Assembly (NCBI RefSeq): GCF_048593235.1
Contig: NC_133617.1
Location: 18,977,607-19,041,606 of the forward strand
From: Sminthopsis crassicaudata
Taxonomy: Eukaryota
DNA: 64,000 bases
Direction: 5' to 3'
Shown: one piece after another, positions 35,748-47,600 of the stretch
How positions within the stretch are numbered: the first letter of the stretch is position 1
Layout of the letters: every line of letters starts with the position of its first letter
Program-made: the position numbers and the translations under genes
Notes under the pieces: generated by a model
The model's input: only the letters and a program-made list of their open reading frames with translations
Databases searched by the model: none
What the model was told of the DNA's origin: nothing

Positions 35748-38700
35748 CCTGGACCTCACTTTGTTGCTGGATTAAATTCAATCTAGGAATTAAATTCCTA
35801 ACGGAAATAGGCCCTGACCCCAAAGATTTTTCATTCTATGATCAGTGAGAAAGAGAATTTCAGGATCAAAAAGACAGCCGAAAGCTGGTTTTTCACACTT
35901 TCTATCCCCAAATATGCCTATGACAAAATGAAGGAGGAGCATTCATTATTAGGAGACAGACTACGGAAGGAACAGGAGTTATCCATTTCAGAAGAATTGG
36001 ACTTTTCATTTCATTTGGGGGAAGGGGCAAGGAACTACTAAAGCTATAGAAAACAAGAGAACTATTATCTGACTTTTTAAACAATAATAACTGAAAAATA
36101 GTTTCCAATTGGTAAAATGTAACTAATTTTTGCCTCTTTTAAGAGTTATTAACACAGTCTCTATCCCTGATCAGAGACCTTATAGCTGGAAGGGTCCCCA
36201 GAAGTACTAGAACTCACAACCTCACTTATAAATAAGGAAATTTGGGCCTAGAGATTAGGAGATTTGTCCAAGCTTATTAGTAGTGATGAAATTATCTCCT
36301 CACTTCAAGCGCCTGAAATATCTGGCATCAGAGCTGGCTGACATCAAAAGGTATATGCTATGACTGACTTAAGTCAACCATTCATCATCAAGGAAAACAT
36401 AAAGTCACATTTGAAGCTATTTATGCTTTCCTGCAGGTAAAGCAGGCAGGGGATGAGGGTGGGCTGGCTTCCAAGATGCTTCCAAGCTCTGAAAGTATTC
36501 TGTTTGAGACATAATAGCCAAGGTTTTTTAAAGTCTCCTGGGGAGGAAGACCAGCTGAACTGCATGGCCCAAGGAGACCGGCCAACAAGGTGATGACCAT
36601 ATCTAGAAAACAGAAGTGTCACGCGACAGATACCAAGAGAAAATGTCTACCTCGTATTCTGCAGCTTATTTGTTGGAGGGTCATTTCTTGTTGCAGCTGT
36701 AGAGAAAGAGAGACAAACTATTTATACCCTACTCCCAAAATGCAACTCTATTCACTGCCAGCCCCCCACCCCGAACTTGAACAGACTTCCACACTGACCT
36801 CAACACAAACTGACATCAAAAACCCCAGAAATCCTCACCTTTTAAAACTGTTTGAATTGCCCTCGTTCATCCAACAAATAAATTCCCTCTTGACCTCCCC
36901 TCCATAGCCCCTCTCATGGAGAAGCGTATTCCCCATCCTCCCGGGGCCACCCGCTCCACCCGGTGCTGGTCGTTGGGGATCTCATCCCGGCGAGCTTTGT
37001 CCTCTGTCCAGGGGCCACAGCACGTGCTTTGGTTAGTGCTGGGTTTGCATCTTCCACAGCACTCACAGGCGCCCAGATTTAGAGTCAGAAGGACAGGATG
37101 GATTGGGATCACCCAAGTCAGCTCTCATCCACAAATGAAGAAACTGGGGCTTAGTGAGACCCACTGACTTTGGAAGGGCTCAGGATCCCAGTTCCCAATA
37201 CTCTTTCTACTGCTTGTGAACAAGGATTTACTTTAAAAGAGTTTTGAGATCTCCCAGCTCTGGATGAACCTAACCTCAGGATTAAAGCTGGGCTTCTTTA
37301 TTAATTGTGCTTCCTACATTTATTCCCTACTACATACAAATATAGGGAAATAGTCTTTGGGCTTTACCTCCAAAGAATGCATGTCGAACAGATGTGCTAC
37401 CCGAGGGTGGCGATCTCTCTCATCCTCTAGAGACGACGTGATGACGTGGAATAATTCATGTGCATCCTAGCCAAGAGGGACAGGTCAGTCAGGAAGGGAC
37501 AGAACGTCAATCCCCCGCCCCACCTCCAGCTGACTGCATAAAACGAGAGCAGCAGGTTGAGGACGGGCTTCCCTCCAGCCAACCAAGGCCCAAAGTCCAG
37601 GCCTGGCAGCACCCCAACCACCAGCGGTCTCCAGGCTTTGGGTGCACCCCACAAGGTGTCTGGTTATTTACACATTGAAGACATCAGTACTATCAGTAAT
37701 TATGTGCAACATAAAACTGATACAAAATATGAATTCAAAAGGAAAACAAAGCTGAGACAGTTGGATGCTGGAGCTAACAGGGGGTGTCACTGAGCTTTCT
37801 GACCATGGCAGTGGCGTAGCAGGGGCTGGGCTGCCTGACCTCTGCAACCTGATGTGGGCGCTTTGCTGACAAGTCCCTCAGGTGCTGGGGACACAGAAAA
37901 GGCCAAGTGGTCCCTGCAGCCAAGAAGCCTGGGCTGAGAGCAGAAACTGGATATAGCAGGCACTTAATACATGCTACTGGTTTGTGAAGGGTTAGGGAGA
38001 ACTGTCCTCTCTTAGGTCCCCTTGGGTTTGCTGAGGGCTCAGATCCTTTACTGACAAGTCTCCTGTTCTCAGACGATGCTGGAAGTGATGTTTTTAGTTC
38101 TCGGATTAAAAATATTTCACCATTTTACACACATTTAGCATGTAACTGCTTCATTTAATGAGGATCTTTTAAAAAATTATAGATAACCCCACAGAATCAT
38201 TTCCTACAACAGGACACCACAGCCAGCTGCTTCCCATTACAGATAAGCACAGAGTGGCAAGGTCTTAAAAATAAAGGAAGGAAAAAGAGTTCCGGGCTCC
38301 TTCTTGCCAGGCTTTCACATACAGCATCAATGATGCCGGGGGGAGGATGGAGCTCAGAGGCCCCCACAGCTTCCCAGCACCTGGAGCAGGGCGGGGTGCC
38401 TGGCTGCCACCAGAGCCCGGCCAGCCCTCCCTGCCTCCCTCTCCCCTCCTCTCACTAGGGTTATGGCAGGTAACCCTGGGCAAGTCACCAAAGTACTCAG
38501 GGATCTAAGCAACTGAACCGGGGGGACAGAGGGGATGCTGACGTGCACTGGCGGAGGACATTTTCTCCATCCGGAGTTCCCTAATCAATATAATCACCCA
38601 ATGTTTGCCTCTGCCTTTTCCTTATATACAAGTCAACTCAAAGCCATGGAACTCTCAACTCCCTCCCAAATTCTGGTCCCACATCACCAACTGCTGCCTG

Positions 38701-40116
38701 GTGTCTACACCTGCCCATCAGCAGGCATCTCATCCCAAGCTCATCGTGTCCTAAACAGGCTTGTAAGCCCCACCCACAGTGCCGCCCCCCCCCAACCCCT
38801 GCCTCCCCCCTCTCCATATCTAATCAGTGGCCAAGTCTTTCCAGCTCTTTCTTTACAGTTTATCATGTCCCCTTTTCCTTCTTTCTGTTCTGTCACCACA
38901 TTTGCTCTGGCTGTCATCATTTCCCATGTGGACACAGCTGACAAACCAGGCACGTCCTGCTGCTCCTCCCACACGAAGTCCCACCTCTCATCTCCTCGCC
39001 TTTGCCTGCAGGCTGTGGCCCCTAGGCTGGAACACACACCATCCCCACCTGTCCCTCTCTAAATCCCTCGCTCTAGTGCTTTTCCTGCTCAGATGCTAGC
39101 ATCCCCCTCGAATTACTTTGTATTATTTTCTTACAGACACAAATTCTGTGTCCACCTCTATGGAGACATCTTGTTTCCCTGAGAGTACAAGACAGACTTT
39201 CTGCTTTGCCTCCATATCCTCAGTGCTTTGCCTGGCGCCCAGGAAATCCTGGCCAAATGCTAGGCGACAGACCACCTGGTCTCTCCCCTCTCCAATCCCT
39301 CCCTCCAAAGAGCTGCCCAATTGACCCTCTCCTGCATGTATAATCAGACCAAGAGCTTTTGTTTTAAATACGATTAACAATGTTAACTGTTTTCCTAATG
39401 TCAAATCATTCTTACATGATTGACTTTGACCATAGTGAATAACTTTTTGGAATAGATTGATGCAGGATTTTTTCATTATTTATTGCTAAATTCTTTTTAT
39501 TTCGTCTCTCTTATGAATTCATCTTGTCCATTTGCTTAAAACTCTTTTTTAAGTAGGTGAGCTAAAAGTTTATAGATATTGTTTGTTAGTCTTTTGTTGT
39601 CCAACTTATCTATTTCTCTTTTAATTTTCAAATTTCCTCTTCTGGGTTTATTTGTTGATTTTCTCATTTTTAGTTCATCAATTGTTTCTTTTTCTTTTCT
39701 GTTAATGGTCCCTTCTCAAGAACTTAACTTTTCCCATAAGGTTTATTGAAGACTTTATTAAAACACACACAGGTCTGACTTATCCCTGACCTATTCAAGA
39801 GGCTTCCTAATGAATTCCAAGATAAAATGCATGTTGTCCCCCATGCCACACAATACAGCTCCAATTCACCTTTCCAGACTCACCCACTCTTCCCTCCAGC
39901 CAGACTAGCCTGTGGGCTGCTCCCTGCTCATATGATGCTATCTCTTGCCTTCCTGCTTTGGTAATGACTATCTCCCAAACCAGGAGCTGCTGTTTTTCCT
40001 TACTTCTGCCCCTTGGCCTCCCTAGCTCCATCACAGCCTCATTTCAAACCCTTCTCCTACACAAGGCCCTTCCCAACCCCTCCACAGACACACACAGATA
40101 CACAGACACACATTCA

Positions 40117-40165
<49 letters not shown>

Positions 40166-41625
40166 CTTCCAAAAGAATTCTTGACAGCAGAGTCTATTTT
40201 TGTCTAACCCAAGCCCTGACATATCAAGTTTTTTAGGGGTTTTTTGTTTTTGTTTTGAGGCAATTGGGGTTAAGTGACTTGCCCAGGGTCACGGAGCTAG
40301 GAAGTGTTAAGTGTCTGAGGTTGGAGTTGAACTCAGGTCCTCCTGACTTCAGGATTGGTGCTTTATCACTGAGCTGCCCTAGAGTAGGTTTTTAAATAAA
40401 AGTTATGAAATTGATGGGAAAGCCTTTGCCTCTGGCAAGAGTCAGAGTTGCCCATGGGCAAGGCCCAGGCTGATCTTCCAGCTGCTCCTCAGTGTGTAGC
40501 AATCATGCTTTGGGGCAGGGCTGTGCCCACTTCTCACCTGCTCCTCAAAGGAGGAGATCTGCCACCTGTACATCCTCAGCACCTCCAGTAGGCAGCCAGC
40601 GTCCAGGACGTCCTCCTCCTCCTCACCACTGGTGACTTCTTGGCAAGACAAAGCTGGTGAGACAGAAATGACTATACAGGTCACGGTTCCATTGGATCTC
40701 AATGGATCAGAAATCAAAGAACTTGCTGGGAAGAGCACCAGAGCTGGCTTGCGAACCTGAGAGCGCTAGAAAAGCCATCATCGTGGCTCATCCATCTGAC
40801 CCGTAAACTCTCCAAGCCACTCCCATTGGTCATTGACAGCAGGAGAAGCCTCTAAACAGGGAAGAGGTGGCTGTTCCTGATGGTTTATTCCTTAACCACC
40901 AGGTGGAATCAGACCTGACCAACAGACAGGAAAAGCTGTGGTTTAAATTCATGGGGCTTCAAGAGGTTATCAAACTGTGCATACCCTTTGACCCAGCAGC
41001 GCTACTACTGGGATTATATCCCAAAGAAATACTAAAGAGCGGAAAGAAACATATATGTGCCAAAATGTTTGTGGCAGCTCTTTTTGTAGTAGCTAGAAAC
41101 TGGAAGATGAATGGATGTCCATCAGTTGGAGAATGGTTGGGTGAATTGTGGTATATGAAGGTTATGGAATATTATTGCTCAGTAAGAAATGACCAGCAGG
41201 AGGAATATAGAGAGGCCTGGAGAGACTTAAATCAACTGATGCTGAGTGAAATGAGCAGAACCAGAAGATCACTGTACACTTCAACAACAATACTGTATGA
41301 GGATGTATTCTGATGGAAGTGGAAATCTTCAACATAAAGAGGATCCAACTCACTTCCAGTTGATCAATGATGGACAGAGGTAGCTACACCCAGAGAAGAA
41401 ACACTGGGAGGGGAATGAAAATTGTTAGCACTAATATCTGTCTGCCCAGGTTGCATGTACCTTCGGATTCTAATGTTTATTGTGCAACAAGAAAATGATA
41501 TTCACACACATGTATTGTACCTAGACTATATTGTAACACATGTAAAATGTATGGTATTGCCTGTCGTCGGGGGGAGGGAATAGAGGGAGGGGGGGTAATT
41601 TGGAAAAATGAATACAAGGGATAAT

Positions 41626-41664
<39 letters not shown>

Positions 41665-44600
41665 ATAAAAAAAAAAAAAAATTCATGGGGCTAACAGGTT
41701 GGAAGAACACACAAGAAGCCATGGGCCATGCCTGAATTTGGTATTTAAGCTGCAAGATGTTGAGCAAGGCCATCACGCCCAAACAACCTCAGAATGGTAA
41801 AGGACTCGGTAAGTACTAGCACAACTAGTTTTCCCAAAAGCCTCTTGTTCTCTAGGGATTCCTCAATCCCATCTTTCCATGATTCCTTCCTTAATGTCCA
41901 TTTTTCCTCTGGGAAAAAATGGCAGGAGGTAGAGGTTGTAGCAATAACATGATTTGGTGAGGACCCCGTGGCCTCACCCTGGCAGAGAAAGCTTGGCAGG
42001 GTTTTAAGAAAAGGGGAAATACCAACACACTAACAAGGACAGAAACCTTTGCTCAGTGACTCCCCTTTATTCACATTATAACTTTTATCTGGAGGGGGGA
42101 GTGTTGAACAATGATCAGAGGGTCATCTCAGAGTGAAGTCAGCATTATTCTCAAGTCAGAAATCTCTTGTACAAGAGAACAATTTGACTCACTGGAGGCG
42201 AATCAGGTGCCCAGCATGGACAAAGCACATTCTACAAAGACTTTACAGCTTCCACAAGCGATTCTGAAAAAAGAAGTGACCTCAAAGTGGAAGAAATGGC
42301 TGTGCTATAGAACCCCTTTATTTCTCCCACAATTCCCTACCTTTCAGTAGGCGCAGCAGAGTTAGGGACAAGTATTGGGGCTTAGTGGTTTCTCTCTGAT
42401 CCGCAGGATATTGGGCAGTGAATTCCTCCAACCACTTGATGAACGTGGGACAGGCAGAAAGGCCTTGCAGCAAGGAGTTCATGAAACAGGTGTTTCCTAA
42501 GTTGAGAAGACCAGGAACAAGCCCTAGGGAAAAAGGACAGAGCAGTGAGTCAGCCATGACCATCACTTGGCCTTTGTTCACTTGGAGAAAACCTGGATCA
42601 CAAAAGGAGGGAAACAGGGCTTCGCTGAATGGTCTCTAAACCTTCTTCACGTTTGTCAGAAAGTGTTACAGGAAAACGGCCAAAGGAACTCTGAAAAAGG
42701 AATTGAGAGGCAGTCCCGCTTAGAATGATGAAGTTGGGACCTGGGCTAAAAGGCCAGAATTGGGATAAAAGGCTTATGGATAAAAAACTGGTCTGTTGCT
42801 TACAATTGTATTTTAGAAGTCAAATTAGGTTATTTAAGCCAATAAAACTGAAAATGGAGAATTTTCCACTGTCAAGAAGATTTTAAAATAAAATTATTAT
42901 GAACTTTAACAATCCACAAGAGAAATATCTCAGTACACAATGAACAAAAAGGAGGACCGTATAGAAAATTGTTCATTTTTGTTTATATGGGTTTTTTAAA
43001 AGTGTATGTTAAATTTAACACTAATTAAAACGCTTCCCCATTTGTATCCCATTCTGAACTTCCCTTCACTGTATTTCTGATGGTTCACTAATATTTCTTT
43101 TTTCCCCCCATTATTAACACTTCTTCTGTAACCCTCCCCCCAAGCTCTCCCTTATAACTAACAGCACCGGTCAAACAAACCAAGTCACCATCACAGCGGC
43201 TTCAGTGGCTTCAAGTCCATTCCCCTCCTTTCTGCTAAAGGGGGGAAACCCACTTCGTGGCCAGTCTTCTGAAGTTTTGATGGGTCCCTGACTAGATCAC
43301 AGTTGTATTTTTCAAGGTTATTTTCCTTTATACCCATTACTGTAGTTGATAGACTGCCACATTTCCTCCTGCCATCTCTGTAAGCCTGACAGGTATAAAG
43401 TGACCCTCAGACTGCTGTGAAGTTTCAGACAACTTTAAAAATTCTAAAACTTTAAACTTTNNNNNNNNNNNNNNNNNNNNNNNNNNNNNNNNNNNNNNNN
43501 NNNNNNNNNNNNNNNNNNNNNNNNNNNNNNNNNNNNNNNNNNNNNNNNNNNNNNNNNNNNNNNNNNNNNNNNNNNNNNNNNNNNNNNNNAAGAGCATAAA
43601 GTAGGACATTTAGGAAAGTTGGCTTCCCCCTCTCCCCATTTTATATAATTGAGGATCCTTGGTCTGTCTCGGAAAGCAACTGGGACCTATTGTATAGGAC
43701 TCCTGGAATCTAGCCTGACAAATCAAGTGAAGTCTCTCATTTCTGCTCAGTCTTTTGTAAACCGCTCTATGTCCCCCCACTCAAGGGCCACTTGCAATTC
43801 TAATGACCCTCTTGATCTTCAGCTTTGGACACTGCTCAACAGTACCATTCTTGCATGTATTTTGAAAAATAAAAACGTATTATACAAAAAAAACCCTTAA
43901 AACTTTATTTTCTTTGATTTTACTCTCTCTCATCTTCCCACATCTAAATAATTATCAGGTTACTATTCCTAACATCTAGTCGGCCGACTAACCAGATTAC
44001 CCTGCTCCTATTCCTACTTTCTAGGCTATTTCTTACCTATTCTGTTAATTATTTTTATTGTGGATGAGTCTGGATGCTTCCGTCTTTGAATTAATTGATA
44101 ATTTCTCTGAACACCGTCCGTTTTTGTAGTAGTGCCAGGTTAATAACTAAGTGACATATATTCTTTAACACTTCCATTCAGAAGATGTCTTGTGTCTTTC
44201 AAATACAAATACAACAAAAATTCAGTTCTGTATTTCCTTTTCATTTAACTTTGTTCAATTTGTTCAGCCCCGAGAGAGGAGACTCAAAGTCTCTTATAGA
44301 GACTGTATTATCATTTTGCAACTCAGTTAACGTTTCCTTTATTAATGGATGCTGCTATGTTGTTTGTATATTTCATACTGATACTGTTTCATTGATAGCT
44401 TTAAGTGTAACATACTTTCTGCTTCTCTTATTTTCTCTTTGTCTGATGTTCACATCCCACTTCACATGCTGTGTGCCTCCCCCCCCTCCCAAGGCAATTG
44501 GGGTTAAGTGACTTGCCCAGGGTCACACCGCCAGGAAGTGTTAAGTGTCTGAGACTAAATTTGAACACGGGTCCTCCTGAATTCAGGGCTGGGGCTCTAT

Positions 44601-47600
44601 CCACTGCGCCACCTAGCTGGCCCCTGCCAGTGTGACCTTAAGTCCCATCATTTAATCTCTATAGACCTGTTTCCTTATTTCTAAAACGAGGGGACCCTGT
44701 GGGTCAAGGGTCCCTAAGGGAAGCAGAGGCGCAATCGGAGTCCCTTCCCTCACACCCTGTTCTGGTTAAAGAGAGACCCACGGACCCAGGCCGTGTCCTG
44801 TACTGGGCTGTACACTGAGAGCCGGGAGGAACCTGAGGAGGAAGTCCTCCAAAGGAGGAGACTAGGCCAGAAAAGCCGTCGCTCACTTCCCTGGTCCCCA
44901 GAAGATGGACTATGGCCTGCTTCCTCTGTGCTAGAAGGAAGGGGATCCGCCTAGACTGCAGTCACTGACTGGGAGCCAGACGGACTGGAGAGCTCTACTC
45001 CAATGCTCCCATTTTACAGATGAGGAGGCCAAGGCCCGAGGCCCCTAAGTGCCTTCCTGGGAACAGACCTGGGGCCCCAAGGAGCTTCAGCAAAGAGCAG
45101 AAAGTGAGGACAAACAGAAGCCCGGCCCCCTCTCAGGGAAACCATGGGCCCGAGCCCTCACCAGATGGTGACCAGAGCTCCCCGACCCTTGGAGAAAGGT
45201 GCCTTGGGGAGGGCCCATGTCAGACCTTCCTGGATGGAGAAGGCCCGAGGGGTGGTGGGAGACAGGGTGCCAGGCAGCGATGCCCATGAACACCACGATG
45301 TCCACAAACAGCATGGGGCAGGGCCTCTGAGGCAGCACCATTCCCAGAGCCAGGTCTGGGGCTGGTCCAGATCTGAGGCAGGACTGGTATCCGGGGGCAC
45401 TGCTCTGGGGCCCCTTCTGTGTCTGCTCCGCAGCAACGTTCCCCCAGCAGTGTGGAAGGGCACTGTGGGAGGGCACTGTAGCTGGTTCCGGGCTAAGAAC
45501 TTGTGCGAGTTGTAGAATTTTTAGAGAGAACAGGGCAGGTCAGGCCCCGAGCCCTCTCGGGCCCCTCAGCAACAAAGGACACGAATGACGAGCTGCCAGA
45601 GCCTGAGAGCCCGCTTCCGAGGTGCGTGACGAGGCCGCTGACTTTGTTACAAGAGGATGGACAATGCGGAGAAAGTCACTAGGAACTGACTGCTTGTCAA
45701 GCCCCGCAGACCCATGCCCCCGCATGTTGAGCGTGTCCACGGTCTGCTTGTCCAGGCCGCTGTGGTCCCCCCCGCCGTGCTGCCCCTTACCTTTCCTGCG
45801 CTTCTTCCTCTCCGTGATGGGGCCCCACAGCACATAGATGCCTGCCGCCAGGGCCGCGGCGACCCCCCCGAGCACTCCCCAGTTCTTCATCACCTTATAC
45901 CTAAGGGAGGAGGCAAGGGGGCACCGTCAGCACCAGAAGGCCTGGGCACCGGCCCAGACCGGGGGTGTGGGCCAGGTCAGCAGAGCCAGGACCCCAGGGA
46001 GGGGCTCCTTCCTGCCTCAGAGCTCCCATTGTGCGGCACCCACGCACTTGTGCAGCCCTTTGAGAGCTCGGAGGAGCTCCTGGCCCTCCCATTCCCCCGA
46101 GGAGGAAACTGAGGCAAAGAGAGACAGCGATGTGCCCAAGGCCACCCAGCAAGCGGGGCGAGGCAAGCTCCAGGGGCTGGTGCCAGGGGCAGAACTGGGG
46201 CAAGCTCGGGGGCTGCAAGGCGGTCCCTCATCTCCAGATGAAAACCACGGCCCAGAAAGCTTCCCTCACATGCCTGAGCCCACAGAGGTGACAAAGGACA
46301 GAGCTAGGACTTGAACCCAGGTCCTGTGCCTCCAGATCTGCACCCTTTCTGCTGTTTACCACAACCTCCACCAGATGTCAGCACAGCCCGCTCAGAGGGA
46401 GGGGCCACAGCCTCCAAAGCCCTCCTCTGGCAGAGGAGCTACTTCAGAGGGTTCTCCAAATATTGACAGAGAACTCTGGTGTTTGGGGTCATGGTGTAAG
46501 AACTGAACTGCACCTTCTGAGAGGGGGGGGATCGAAGGAGGGGAAGGGGAGAAAAGGGGGGAGGGGGAGAGAGGAAGGGAGAGGGGGGAGAGGAAGGGAG
46601 AGGGAGGGAGGGGGAAGGGGAGAAAAGGGGAGGGGAAGAGAGAGGAAGGGAGAGAGGGAGGGAGGGGGAAGGGAAGAAAAAGGGGAGGGGGAGAGAGAGC
46701 CCTCCAGCAGTGAAGCCACTTTTAAAACAGCAGGCTCTCTGTTTAATTAGTATGTAAACAAAGTACCAGGAACACCACGTCCTGAGCCCCAAACTGGGAG
46801 CAGGGGCAGGACAGGACGTTTCCCCAGAACTCTGCTGCCGTGACCTGTCGGGATGGCACTGATGCCCCCTCCCCAGCCCCCCTCGGGCTTCTTCCACTGG
46901 CTCTCCCAACCCCAGCTCTGTCTGCCTCTTGTGTGCCCCCCAGGGCGGCCCTTCAGGTGGATGCTGGGGTTCCTGCCTTCTAAAGGGGACGTGGAGGAAA
47001 CAGAGGCCCTGCCGGAGCTGGCCTGGGAGGGCCCAGAGCATGGGCCAGGCCCAAGGAGAAGCTCAGCGTTTCTTTGCGGGGACCCTATTCCCCAGACCCT
47101 GTGACTCCTCAGCAAAGTGGGGAGCGCCCCGGGCCCGGGAAGTCAGAGCCAGCCTGGTCACCGACCGGACTGGCCAGGAAGGAGGCAGCCGGCCCTCTGG
47201 GTGACCTCGGCCAGCGGCCCCGGGTCAAAGGACCCCGTGCATGGTGGGGCCTGGCAGGGAGGCCTGGGGTGAGCGTGGCAGGGGCGCCTTGCAGAGCCAA
47301 GCCAAGGCCCGCGCTCAGACCCCGGTCCGGGGGTCTCCTGCAGCCTCAGCTTCCTTGAGGCCTCCCGAGGGCAGAGCTGGGCTGGGGTCTCCTCCGCAGC
47401 CCCGAGTAACACGTGACTCCCTTAGTGCCGCCTCTGCAGCTCACCGGGCAGTGCCCCAGCCCCCACGGGCCCTGGCTCTGGTTCAGACAGGAGGGGCTCG
47501 GATCCAGGCCCACAGAGGGTCTCTGGGCTAAGCCCCCTGCACCCCTGGCCACGGTGGCTGGGCAGTGCCAATCTGGGTCCTGGCGACCCCGACCACCGGG

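Noticed and set aside
40867-41313. 148-aa ORF as a host-L1 fusion gene
   Set aside because: It starts at a GTG in intronic DNA, runs through the TSD into the L1 ORF2 end by chance, and is antisense to USP30.
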